IMG/VR virus record: IMGVR_UViG_3300010413_002638 | Coordinates: 48,805 to 112,804 of that record | Source: a virus | Direction: 5' to 3' (one strand) | DNA length: 64,000 nucleotides | Shown here: positions 19,010 through 28,852 of the stretch, piece after piece | How positions within the stretch are numbered: position 1 is the first letter of the stretch | How the letters are laid out: the number at the start of each line of letters is the position of its first letter | Notes under the pieces: model-generated | Told to the model about the DNA's origin: nothing | Databases searched by the model: none | Seen by the model: only the letters and a program-made list of their open reading frames with translations | Translations under genes and position numbers: made by a program

Positions 19010-20324
19010 AAGGGATTTTCTTCAAATAGTAGCTAGGCTTGTCGCGAAAAGCAGAAATAAATGCTGAAAACGACGACATTCCAGCAACAAAAACATCAGC
19101 ATCTATCATGCTTTTAGCTACCCTATATAATCGCGGATAGACCTGATCGCAAATTTTTACGTTTTCACCGACAAAATCACCCACTAGGTCATTCACAGGG
19201 CCTTGCGTGTAATAAACGACATTCAATCGTTTGCCAGGATGGTCATCTCTCACACGATCCAACACCCTATCATACTCGCTCTTGGGAATGATTCTGCCAC
19301 CATTATCATGTAGCCGACCACCACCACGCACATAGACAGCCACATTCAACACACCAGCCGTCGCCTCGAAATCAGACGCAAAAAAATTATAGAAATTAGT
19401 CCGTTTAATAAGAGATTCCCACAACCGCAAATTCTTTTGATACAAACCCGGTAGTGTATCACCCTGCTGCTCAGCTTCGAACAATTGCTTGAAACCAAAA
19501 AACGTTGACCTCCTAAGAATAACGCTAGTTCCAGACGGAAGCCCCCGCAAATATTGTCTCGCCAACGTAAGTGGCATACCCCACCACTTCATCTTCTCAT
19601 CTGGCGTGTAAATGTCGCAAGCTGGTTCCTCAATGCTGTGCTTATCGAAAAAATCCGCGAAATTGAAATAATAGTTAAACATCTCCTCGCCCCATTCATG
19701 CGGATAAAAGCCAGTATAATGATACCCAAGACCAAAAATATCCGCCAAAATAGGGCCACTCACAATATCATTAAATTGATGACCTATGCGGCCCCATTCC
19801 GGGAGCATCGACAACCATATATTCCTAGGGTTCGTAACGGGTGGTAAAAACTCCAACAACTCCGACTCATCAATCACCCTTAACAGTTCGCCCTGGCGCT
19901 GCTCGAATTCTTGTTCATCAACACCCACCATCAGTCTTTTACTATTGGGGCGCTTCAAAACGATCATACCGGGTATGATAGTAACAGAATCGACTTCTTC
20001 CAGCCGCCTAATTTCTAGAATATCCCGCCATCTTTCGACGCACCTGATTATTAGCAAGCACCCATTATCATTTAAGCGCGAGATTGCTGCATGAAAGTTG
20101 TCCTGCACGACCACATCATTCAACAAAATAAGATCATACTTTCTGGCACAACTTGCAAAGAAACTAGAAGCAGAACCGCGAAAATTACCACCGGCTGTCG
20201 GATGAACACCAGTTTTATCTGTCAAACTTATCCGACTAAATATCGCATCGTCACACCCCAGCTCTAAATAGGACGAAAAAGAATATCTGTCGGCTAAAGA
20301 GTTCAATAGTTGGGTTATATTCAT
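18978..20324 (-). CDS. fusion of a degenerate methyltransferase-like domain and a GT11/GT23-like transferase domain
   Basis: N-terminal SYLELGC...YDLILL; C-terminal GRIGHQ, VAVYVRGG and ADVFVAGMSSFS. Confidence 0.6.
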   Translation of the reverse strand: MNITQLLNSLADRYSFSSYLELGCDDAIFSRISLTDKTGVHPTAGGNFRGSASSFFASCARKYDLILLNDVVVQDNFHAAISRLNDNGCLLIIRCVERWRDILEIRRLEEVDSVTIIPGMIVLKRPNSKRLMVGVDEQEFEQRQGELLRVIDESELLEFLPPVTNPRNIWLSMLPEWGRIGHQFNDIVSGPILADIFGLGYHYTGFYPHEWGEEMFNYYFNFADFFDKHSIEEPACDIYTPDEKMKWWGMPLTLARQYLRGLPSGTSVILRRSTFFGFKQLFEAEQQGDTLPGLYQKNLRLWESLIKRTNFYNFFASDFEATAGVLNVAVYVRGGGRLHDNGGRIIPKSEYDRVLDRVRDDHPGKRLNVVYYTQGPVNDLVGDFVGENVKICDQVYPRLYRVAKSMIDADVFVAGMSSFSAFISAFRDKPSYYLKKIPFRLPEKDIVV

Positions 20325-21304
20325 AAGACACTTTTGATGATATCTGCGAATCTTTTTGCTAGATATTTTTTGTCGCGACCTTTCATTGCATTTTGGAAGG
20401 CCAGCACTCGCATTTCATCATATTCAGGATAATTGGCTAGTATGTCAGCTAATATTTTCTCCAAGTCCGAAAAATCAGTCTTACATACAACATACGGAAT
20501 ATCAGGCCAAGAAACGGCAAAAGAAGTATCTGGCTTAATTAGAACCGCTCCCACCAGAGCGGCCTCAAAATCTCGAAAACACGTAATATCATATCCCCAA
20601 GGAGATAAACATACCTTGCTTCGTGTCATTATATCGAAATATTCTTGAAAATCAACAAACGTATCGCTGGATGGTATGCGAACTCTAACATTATATCTAT
20701 CCCGCAAATCACAAACAGTATTCACCGCCACCTGGCGATGAAGGCGAGTTTCGGCATCTGGATAGAATTCGCCTATGTCGCCAAGCATCATAGATATATC
20801 CAATTCCTTTTGTTGATCCAACACAAAAGGTAGTTTCTGATAAATGGGACGTTGGAAATGTTCCCAAGATATAAGATTAGCAAAAACATGTATCTTATCA
20901 GAAAGATGACTCACGCGAGGCTGTCGCATTAACGTTGGTTCGCGATCAGCCATTATTGCAACATGCTTCTTATAGCAGTAAAATTCCTTATCATAGTCCA
21001 ATGGATCTACGAATTTGGACGTCTTCATCATTGCCTTGACATTGTCGCGTATTAAGAATTCGCGTAGATTCCACCAATTGATCTCCGGACCCAAATAGAG
21101 ATCATGTAAAATAGTGGGTTTATCGTCGTCCAGCACGCGACGCACATAATCGACGTCCCGTGAGCCCTGAACTAATTTGATATCGCCTGGGCCGTCCGTA
21201 AAGATGATGCCCAGGGCACGTAATTCATCCTCTAGGCGTAGCCAGCATTGCAAATGAAAATTGAAATATCTAGCACAATTTGGTTTAATATCGAGCTTGA
21301 TCAT
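20321..21304 (-). CDS. GT-B glycosyltransferase (Glyco_trans_1_2-like)
   Basis: SKVCLSPWGY..CFRDFEAALVGAVLIKPD. Confidence 0.75.
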   Translation of the reverse strand: MIKLDIKPNCARYFNFHLQCWLRLEDELRALGIIFTDGPGDIKLVQGSRDVDYVRRVLDDDKPTILHDLYLGPEINWWNLREFLIRDNVKAMMKTSKFVDPLDYDKEFYCYKKHVAIMADREPTLMRQPRVSHLSDKIHVFANLISWEHFQRPIYQKLPFVLDQQKELDISMMLGDIGEFYPDAETRLHRQVAVNTVCDLRDRYNVRVRIPSSDTFVDFQEYFDIMTRSKVCLSPWGYDITCFRDFEAALVGAVLIKPDTSFAVSWPDIPYVVCKTDFSDLEKILADILANYPEYDEMRVLAFQNAMKGRDKKYLAKRFADIIKSVL

Positions 21305-22402
21305 CTAATCGACTATGCCTTTTTCAGCTGCCTCCAAACAGCCCGTAGCCACGCAATATAATGGTATATCAGAACAAGTAATCGTACCAATATCGAAGGG
21401 TACGTCCAATTCGTCAAACTTCTTGGAAACTCGTTTTACAAATCCCTTTGGTGAGCTAGTTCCACCGGCCATATAGACATTAATAGCTTCCCCGTCCAAC
21501 CGTGCCTCGGATTCATTCTCCTCGAATCCCTTGATGATCCCGTCAATCACCGTGCTTATCAGCACATCATAATGTAGTACGATATCCAAGCCGATCCGGT
21601 CGTCTGGTTCTTTGCCCGGCGTCAAATCAACACTCATTTTCCGCTTAGACACCGTGGTCGGCGTTTCTTTGGCTGTTTTCTTGCGAATCTTAGACGCCAA
21701 AGCACTGTAGCCATGCCTGATTGCGACTTGCTCATCAATCCAATCACCAGCACCGACCCAGCAGAAAGAGAAGATCTCGAGCCCATATTTCACGTAGCTG
21801 ACAGTGACAGTCCCGGCACCCCACGATATACCGATACCAGTACCATCTTGACTCATATTAATAACAATAGCGTGTGATTCACGAATGGCCTTGCGTTGAA
21901 TCTTCGCCTTGGTTTCATAGCCATCAATCACGATATCAACGACCCGCTCATGGTAATCGATATTCAGATCTTTATTAAGAGCTGGGGCAGTGGTGCAATA
22001 ACAGACCTTCAATTGATCACTGAACTTGCCAACTTCGTTCTCGGCCATTTCCATTAATCCCTGAACAATACTGCCCAGAATGGTCATGGCTTCTTCATCG
22101 GCGGAAATGCCACCTTCGGCCATCGGTCGGCGAAGAGTGTCGTTTTTAGCGTAAGCAAATTCTTCGGCATCTTGGCCCAACACGACGGCTTGACCATCTG
22201 GCATTTCGACCCATCTGGCTGCTCGTTTGGTTCCGTCGCTGCGGATTTTGTTGGGGTCATCGAGCATGTTTTTGATGAAGGGAGTGGCTCGCTCGAAGGG
22301 CCAATATCCGTTAATTTCGCTAATATAATGGACTTGACCTTCGTCGTCGCGGTAGGCGAGCACTACGGTGCGGGTGCCAATATCGATACCCAATTGTTTC
22401 AT
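21305..22402 (-). CDS. actin-family ATPase (MreB/MamK/ParM-like)
   Basis: LGIDIGT phosphate-1, RRPM..G, ESHA, GISWGAGT phosphate-2 and MAGGTS motifs; AGGAG RBS before ATG at 22402. Confidence 0.85.
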   Translation of the reverse strand: MKQLGIDIGTRTVVLAYRDDEGQVHYISEINGYWPFERATPFIKNMLDDPNKIRSDGTKRAARWVEMPDGQAVVLGQDAEEFAYAKNDTLRRPMAEGGISADEEAMTILGSIVQGLMEMAENEVGKFSDQLKVCYCTTAPALNKDLNIDYHERVVDIVIDGYETKAKIQRKAIRESHAIVINMSQDGTGIGISWGAGTVTVSYVKYGLEIFSFCWVGAGDWIDEQVAIRHGYSALASKIRKKTAKETPTTVSKRKMSVDLTPGKEPDDRIGLDIVLHYDVLISTVIDGIIKGFEENESEARLDGEAINVYMAGGTSSPKGFVKRVSKKFDELDVPFDIGTITCSDIPLYCVATGCLEAAEKGIVD

Positions 22403-22511
22403 TATACATCTCCTGCCGGTGTAAACATCACCAAGTCTATATACCTGGTAATTCTGTGTTGTGGTTATATCCAGCAAAAGCCCCTCAACCTGAGGGACGG
22501 CGACGGGGAGG

Positions 22512-22943
22512 TCACTTTCTTCGACGACGGGCTCCGGGAGGGGTTCCGGTGATATCACAACTGGCACCGGCGTCGGCGGGACCGGGGTCGGCGGGGTCGT
22601 CGGGGGTGGCATCACTGACCTGACCACCTTCACTTCCTGTTTCGCCACTGTTTCCTTGTTGAATTTGTAAATCGTCATCTGTACGAACTGCGGACCCGAA
22701 CCCGCCCCGTGGCCTTGGCGGTTTGAAGAGGTTGGGAGCGACGACTTCTGGTGGGAGTGGTTCGACTCTTCGAACCGTGATCGTTGAATCCTCTGTTGGA
22801 GATGAGACCGCAACTCCATCGCCAATTTTTTGCCGTTTGCTGAGAACATTCACCAGGGCCTCTAAAACATGGATAAGTCTAACTCCTAGATAGGCTAGAA
22901 CTCCAACAAAAGCAGCAGAAATGGCAACAAAAGTCCAAATCAT
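22512..22943 (-). CDS. single-pass membrane protein upstream of the actin-like gene
   Basis: N-terminal hydrophobic helix; start coupled to upstream stop. Confidence 0.6.
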   Translation of the reverse strand: MIWTFVAISAAFVGVLAYLGVRLIHVLEALVNVLSKRQKIGDGVAVSSPTEDSTITVRRVEPLPPEVVAPNLFKPPRPRGGFGSAVRTDDDLQIQQGNSGETGSEGGQVSDATPDDPADPGPADAGASCDITGTPPGARRRRK

Positions 22944-24358
22944 GCGTGATTAACTCGAAAGAGAGGAATACCTGAACTAAGAGCCAACTTACCAAGCTGA
23001 TCTATACCATTATCATAGAAAGCAAACCGCCTCCGTGTCTGCTCAGACTCCGTCCATATCTGTCCATCATTATAATAATCTAGCCTCGAAGTATGACTCT
23101 TTCCCTCTATAATTTTATTATCACAACCAAATAGAGAAATACTACGCGGCCCCAAGAACAACGCAAAATGAGTAGCCATATGCACACAACTACCAAAATC
23201 ACAAAACGGCGGATTAACCGACCTCAACACACCAATATCACCAATCTCAAACTGAACAGCACCCGGCACCACATGCCCGGCAAAAACATACTCTCCAGCC
23301 GTCTGATGTTCCAAAACATACGGAACAATAAAGCGTTGCTCAGGATATTTCTCACGCAGCTCGGAAATCACCTGCACGGAATTAGTCACCACATAGTCAG
23401 CATCCACCAACAAACCCACATAATCCACAGCAATCACAATATCATGATTATTGATCTGTGACAGATTCAAATAATCCAATGACGGACCATCTCCCACCAC
23501 AGCAATCCGTTTACCATGAGCTGTATTCCGCAACAAATAGACACCCAACAACTCCGGCTGCAAATGCTCCAACCACCACTGCGATGACCGCTCCGCCGAT
23601 TCCGCAAACCTCACCAGCTCATCGATCCGACCAATATCAACCGAGCCTGGTTCCAACTCGCATGCCTCATAGAAATGCGTGATATGCTTCGGGAACCAAG
23701 CTTCCATCATCCGTGCCAGATTACGCCTCGCTTCTGATTCCACCTCGGGGATTACTGCAATATAGCTATCATCCACCACCAATACTTCGCCACCGGCCAT
23801 CCACGTCTTCAACGATAGACAAATATTATCGCCTGGGCCTGGGCTAGCATCGTCATCAAATCCACCAATTTCGTCAAAGAATTTCTTATTAATTGCTAAG
23901 CAGAACGCGGCCAACGGCGATTTATCGCCAAATCGCCGATTATACATTGCCATGCTCCATCGCATGCCATACCGTCGCCACCCTCTATCCTCTGTAGCCC
24001 ACAGATTAGTGTCAAGAGAAAATGCGAGAGGGCTTACAAGTCTTTTCTCAGCTAGTTCACTAACGACTGGTAAGAACCAATCTTTTCCGAACTTAACAGG
24101 AGCGGTAAGAAATACAAGCTGTTCGGAGGTGGCCAGTTTGGCAGCGGTATTCCAGGCTCGAGATCTACCCACTTGTTCTGTTTTAGATATAATATCCCAA
24201 TCGTTCCACGGAAAACCGTGATCTTCCAGCGGAATGGCGTTTGTTTCATCACAAAGAATGATTTGTTCGACGTACTGTGGAGGAGTTTTGTCGATTAAGT
24301 CATTCAAAGTGCGTTCTATATGATCGCTGTTGCGACAGTAGATTATAAAAGTGGCCAT
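22940..24358 (-). CDS. fusion of a GT2/GalNAc-T-like domain and a DUF115/Maf-like domain
   Basis: FDEIGGFD...LSLKTWMAGG; IAVVGDGPSL...ISLFGCD. Confidence 0.75.
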   Translation of the reverse strand: MATFIIYCRNSDHIERTLNDLIDKTPPQYVEQIILCDETNAIPLEDHGFPWNDWDIISKTEQVGRSRAWNTAAKLATSEQLVFLTAPVKFGKDWFLPVVSELAEKRLVSPLAFSLDTNLWATEDRGWRRYGMRWSMAMYNRRFGDKSPLAAFCLAINKKFFDEIGGFDDDASPGPGDNICLSLKTWMAGGEVLVVDDSYIAVIPEVESEARRNLARMMEAWFPKHITHFYEACELEPGSVDIGRIDELVRFAESAERSSQWWLEHLQPELLGVYLLRNTAHGKRIAVVGDGPSLDYLNLSQINNHDIVIAVDYVGLLVDADYVVTNSVQVISELREKYPEQRFIVPYVLEHQTAGEYVFAGHVVPGAVQFEIGDIGVLRSVNPPFCDFGSCVHMATHFALFLGPRSISLFGCDNKIIEGKSHTSRLDYYNDGQIWTESEQTRRRFAFYDNGIDQLGKLALSSGIPLFRVNHA

Positions 24359-24375
24359 GAAAATATATACATCAC

Positions 24376-24515
24376 CTAGAATTTGTAACCGAAGAATTCA
24401 ATAGATTCTGCATATCCCTCGGCTACTCTTTCTCGCATTTCGTCAGTGTACGCTTCTTGATATGGTCGGTCAGAAAAGCAATTGACACGTGGCAAGATGC
24501 GTTGAGCAATATCTA
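24376..24515 (-). pseudogene. C-terminal remnant of a sulfotransferase family 2 gene
   Basis: PYQEAYTDEMRERVAEGYAESIEFFGYKF resembles the end of 54952-55557 (YHQYYTNEMIEIVGNHFHDDIVNFGYQY); no N-terminal domain. Confidence 0.5.
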
Positions 24516-26204
24516 GATTATCATATTCCACTTCTTGTTGCCCATCGATAGGGCACCAGTTCCTATCGATGGTCTCTTGGTCCTCCGGTGCACGTCCTGC
24601 GAGCGCAGGGATGCCGATACTTCTGGAGATGCGCAATCAAGAGGTGGGTCTTGCACGTTAGGACACCAGAACCAGGAATCCTCACAGCATTCGTCTTCTT
24701 CTGGTTCACCCCCGATAATGAGATCCCATGGATAAATTCCTGGGCGGGAGGCATCCAAACCGTACCAAACTGCTCCATCAGAACACGCTTCAACGTCCGT
24801 GCTAGGTATCCAACGAAATTCGTGTTTAGCATAATGTCTCTGCGTTACACAGCCAGGTTGAGGGTCCCAGTGCACAAGTTCCAACTCGGGAGACTCATCA
24901 CTTTCAAGCTCAACCTCATAACGATTGACATATTTGCACTCCTCTAAAGTCATCTGGGCAGAAGCAAAAACACTCTTCAATGTCGTCGCGTCAGATAACG
25001 TGTTCGAATTCGGGAGCAAGCTGATCTTATCAACACATAATTCCTCCAGCAGATCAGCACAAATAGTGTAAATAATATCCAAATCACAATCAAGACGAGC
25101 ATTAATGATCGGACAACTGACTGTAACATTCGTGTCATCAATAGTACACTCAACAATCCGCAAATAACACTCGCCCGGATCACCCGTCAGCCCATCCGGA
25201 CCCTTCTGACGCGATTTCACACACCAATCATTCGAAACATCAGCCCAATTGAAACCATTCAAAAAGACCGAACCACAAATGATATTCGTAGTCAGATCAT
25301 ACTGAATACTCGCCTTCGTCGCCGCCTCATCCACATCCAAATCAGAAATAATCGTAATATCAGTAGGATCAACCGGGCTCACCTCTATCGTCACCGAAGG
25401 CGAACTCTCAACTACCGCCCCGCCCGTAATTATCGCCACTTTGCTCAGCGGAATATCACACAAACTCTCTGAATATTTCTCACCAAGAGCCCGCTTCAAC
25501 AACAAATCACGAGTATGCTGGAAACTAGGCAACACCTCCGGATGAAACTTGTTATAAACAATCGCCATATGTTGCATCTGATCGACTGCCTTCGACTCCT
25601 CGACAGTCTCCTCAGAAATCTTATACAAGCGAACTGATATTTCCGGCACATGACGATTCGGATACTCGATAGGACCGCCCGGCAAAATAGGTGTCGGCGT
25701 ATGAATAGCAAAATCTAACCGAGTTTGTTGAATTTCCGATGGATAATAACAAACCTCCGGAGCACCAGGAACGCCATCTCGTCCCTTATCCCCCTTCGGC
25801 CCATTTGCACCACGTGCGCCAGGACAAATCTGCTTCATCAATATCTGAAACAGACGCCCCCTATCCACTTCGACACGAAGAGCGGATTCACCCTCGGGTG
25901 AAAACCGAAAAAGCTTGTCGCTCGAGCGGAAATAATACCAATAGGCGTCAACACCAGGATAAAGCTTGAGTGGACGAATATCGACGCCCGTTTTGAGATA
26001 AGCATCTAATTTGCTTAATCGCGAATAGATATCCGAATCGATTATACCGTTGTTGTTTTCAGTAACAACAGCCGGAGCTATCACGACGCCCTTGGAAATC
26101 CAAGCGTCGCTTTCGGCAGTATATTGCCAGCGGTTTCCGTAGACATCGGATACTTGATCTCCGTCAGTCGGATTTCGCGGAAATTTTCCGATGTTTGTGG
26201 CCAT
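24513..26204 (-). CDS. Cys-rich putative virion structural protein with short collagen-like repeats
   Basis: FPRNPTDG...WQY N-terminal module; GARGANGPKGDKGRDGVPGAP and GPDGLTGDPG. Confidence 0.7.
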   Translation of the reverse strand: MATNIGKFPRNPTDGDQVSDVYGNRWQYTAESDAWISKGVVIAPAVVTENNNGIIDSDIYSRLSKLDAYLKTGVDIRPLKLYPGVDAYWYYFRSSDKLFRFSPEGESALRVEVDRGRLFQILMKQICPGARGANGPKGDKGRDGVPGAPEVCYYPSEIQQTRLDFAIHTPTPILPGGPIEYPNRHVPEISVRLYKISEETVEESKAVDQMQHMAIVYNKFHPEVLPSFQHTRDLLLKRALGEKYSESLCDIPLSKVAIITGGAVVESSPSVTIEVSPVDPTDITIISDLDVDEAATKASIQYDLTTNIICGSVFLNGFNWADVSNDWCVKSRQKGPDGLTGDPGECYLRIVECTIDDTNVTVSCPIINARLDCDLDIIYTICADLLEELCVDKISLLPNSNTLSDATTLKSVFASAQMTLEECKYVNRYEVELESDESPELELVHWDPQPGCVTQRHYAKHEFRWIPSTDVEACSDGAVWYGLDASRPGIYPWDLIIGGEPEEDECCEDSWFWCPNVQDPPLDCASPEVSASLRSQDVHRRTKRPSIGTGALSMGNKKWNMII

Positions 26205-26274
26205 ATGGTAATCCCATTTATGGTATTTTTGGTGGACACCGGCACACAAATATTTATCTATTAGGATTAGATAG

Positions 26275-26529
26275 TTAGGGTTCCTCGCCGTGGACCCAAC
26301 TAACATGCTTGTTATGTTCTTTATAGATCTGCTTCACGTCCTCCGGTATGAAATCTATCGGCCCTTCCCAAGCTAATTTACCATTGTAGAGGATGCGAAT
26401 CCAACGACCGTGCTGATAACAGATTATTTCTTCTGCGTTGAGCTTTTCTTCTTTGGGCTTTGAGAAGAGTTTCTGGAGTATTTTACGCAATATCTTCATA
26501 TAGTGGTGCTCCCCCGTCCTCATCATCAT
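26275..26529 (-). CDS. hypothetical protein
   Basis: Short basic ORF; likely start at MKILRK after GGAG. Confidence 0.5.
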   Translation of the reverse strand: MMMRTGEHHYMKILRKILQKLFSKPKEEKLNAEEIICYQHGRWIRILYNGKLAWEGPIDFIPEDVKQIYKEHNKHVSWVHGEEP

Positions 26530-26589
26530 AATAAAATCTTTTTTAATTCTTAAGATTCTCTATTTTAAGATTCTCTTAAGAATTTGATG

Positions 26590-27240
26590 ATTCGGCACTC
26601 TTTAGCGAACACTGTCACTTCAAGATCACAGCAAGCACCAGAACTATTACCAGTTCGCAGGGGGAGGCTAGCACATCCTGGTCGAAATCTGCGTCCATGT
26701 TCCCGCCGTCATCACTTCCTTCCCAGGAAGCCGCTGTACTCTACCAGTTTCGGTACCTCGGGAACTTCGAGTTCTCTGATTATCACCCCAACAAGTATCC
26801 TACCTCATTATCACTGCCAATGCTCCCGGCTTCGTCAAGGCTACGCACATCAAACTCACATAACAATCAAACAAATTTCGCACTGTCAACATTCTTGCCA
26901 CTATGGGCGCTTCAACTAATTTCGCAAAAATCAGACAATTCAGGCGGTTCAACTTTCAGACAATTAATGAGTGCCTCGCCCCACCGTTGGTACATTGGGG
27001 GTGTCAATAATAGATAACCAGGTCCGGGTCCTCAGCCTAATTCATTCGTTTTTGGACGCTTGTCATCCTGAGGCGCGGCGTAGGACATGGGGGCTCTCAT
27101 TGCTGAGCCCAGGCCCAAAAGGACCCTAAACGAACTATAACAAACCACTGTTGTCCAGGCCGACTGAGGTTCAACGGAACACCAACTGTGGCAATTTGGG
27201 CCACTATGTACGACGGGATTGACTACACCGTCGGTAGCTA
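26590..27240. ncRNA. candidate structured non-coding RNA region
   Basis: About 700 nt without a convincing ORF; many hairpins, GNRA-capped stems on the minus strand, nested long-range pairings at 27025-27180. Confidence 0.45.
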
Positions 27241-27290
27241 AATACCAGAGCAACGCACCACAACAACAAATCCAATTTGTCGAGGATCAT

Positions 27291-28286
27291 ATGAGCTGTT
27301 GGAATCCCTTCGAAGAGCTGCGTTGCAACCCAACCGTCTACACCACCTGTTGCCCACCCTGGTTGGACAAGAAAATGTGGTATGGCGAATGGGAAAACTA
27401 CGACACACCAGCCCTAGAAGCAAGCCCCTGGGAAGTCTGGAACAACCCCGTACTTCAAGAACTCCGCAAAGCCATCCTCAATTACGACTATAGTAATTGC
27501 ACCAACTGTGCCAAAGTCTTCGCCGGGCACCTCGAAAAAGTCATCGAACCCTGGATGAAGCCTATTCTGGAAGTACCACCACGGCGCTTATGGCTCGAAC
27601 ACGACCGCCACTGCCAACTAAAATGCCCCAGTTGTCGTCCCGCCTTTGTCATGCACACCGTCCAGCAAGACAAACGCGACACCAAAATCAAAGAAATCTG
27701 TGAAGAATTCATGCCCACCGCGCTCTGGATCATCCTTATGAGCAGCGGAGAACCATTAGTCAGTCGCTCGACTCTTGAGATTATCTCTTGGGTCCAGAAA
27801 TATCCTGAACTAGAAATGGAACTCTATACCAATGGTCTTCTTCTACCGGAGAGATGGGACCTATTGCCAGAGGAACAGATAGGCAAGATCAATATCAGTA
27901 TCGATGCCGCCAGTAAAGAGACTTATGAGGATGTGCGGCGGCCAGGCAAATGGGCCAAATTATTACAGAGCCTTGCTCTCGTAGCCGAGAAAAGAAGATC
28001 GGGTCTTATTCCGGAATTTCAGGCGAATTTCGTAGTTCAAGCCAAAAATTTCCGAGAAATACCTGACTTTGTTCGCCTCTGCATCAATCACAATGTTACC
28101 TATTGCGTTTTCGCACCATATAATCAACTACACCATACCGATGAAGAATTTGCCGAGATCAATATCTTCAATCCCGATCATCCAGAACATTCGGAATTCG
28201 TAAAGGTGCTGGCCGATCCTATTATTGCGGATGATTCGGTCTGGTGTCCGGATTTCTGGCAATTCGAACCGAGCTTGAAGAAATAA
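27291..28286 (+). CDS. radical SAM protein with N-terminal SPASM/Twitch-like domain
   Basis: TTCC...CTNC at N-terminus; CQLKCPSC, SSGEPL, TNG and ISIDA motifs. Confidence 0.88.
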   Translation: MSCWNPFEELRCNPTVYTTCCPPWLDKKMWYGEWENYDTPALEASPWEVWNNPVLQELRKAILNYDYSNCTNCAKVFAGHLEKVIEPWMKPILEVPPRRLWLEHDRHCQLKCPSCRPAFVMHTVQQDKRDTKIKEICEEFMPTALWIILMSSGEPLVSRSTLEIISWVQKYPELEMELYTNGLLLPERWDLLPEEQIGKINISIDAASKETYEDVRRPGKWAKLLQSLALVAEKRRSGLIPEFQANFVVQAKNFREIPDFVRLCINHNVTYCVFAPYNQLHHTDEEFAEINIFNPDHPEHSEFVKVLADPIIADDSVWCPDFWQFEPSLKK

Positions 28287-28297
28287 AATATACAGAT

Positions 28298-28852
28298 ATG
28301 AAACTCTTCCATATCACCGAGCAGCGCCGTTGTCCTTCTTGCGGAAAACCGTTCAAGAAGGATGAGCCATATCCCGATGTAGAGAATTGTGAAGTCTGTG
28401 AGCGCTTCGGCCCACCAAAAACAGTCAAAGAAGATTTTAATTATGAGACTCCAGCTAAGGTGATGTGGCGGGACCTCATTCGAGACGCGATGAAAGAGTT
28501 TGATGTATCGTTCGACCTAGAGAACGATGATAAGGTGGTTGGTCGCGATATCAAAATAGGCGAAGATAATAAATTCTATTGTGAATTATGGAAAGCTGGT
28601 GGAGATTGGCAGAATCCTATCGCCTATTTCCGCTGCGAACTAAAAGACGGTTATCTGGAGAATCCCCTTCATTCTCAATATAATGATCCACATTTCGTTT
28701 TCATCCCCGGCGTGGACGAGGGAAACCCACACCTAGTCCGCACCAAGAACGGTAAGTGGTCCGCTCCTGACAACCAGGACGACGATGAGGGCGAACCGGA
28801 TGAAAAGCTATGTTGGAAGTCATTAAACGAATATCTCCAGAGTCTTGAATAA
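28298..28852 (+). CDS. hypothetical protein with N-terminus MKLFHITE and Zn ribbon
   Basis: ATG at 28298; CPSC...CEVC. Confidence 0.7.
   Translation: MKLFHITEQRRCPSCGKPFKKDEPYPDVENCEVCERFGPPKTVKEDFNYETPAKVMWRDLIRDAMKEFDVSFDLENDDKVVGRDIKIGEDNKFYCELWKAGGDWQNPIAYFRCELKDGYLENPLHSQYNDPHFVFIPGVDEGNPHLVRTKNGKWSAPDNQDDDEGEPDEKLCWKSLNEYLQSLE

Noticed and set aside
21305-22849. 514-aa actin ORF as listed in the track
   Set aside because: The actin fold begins at MKQLGIDIG with an AGGAG RBS at 22402; the upstream extension is treated only as a frameshift hypothesis.
26584-27253. Short ORFs 26584-26919, 26697-27017 and 27032-27253 as proteins
   Set aside because: Ser/Arg/Pro-rich, with no RBS or motifs; the region is better explained by RNA structure.
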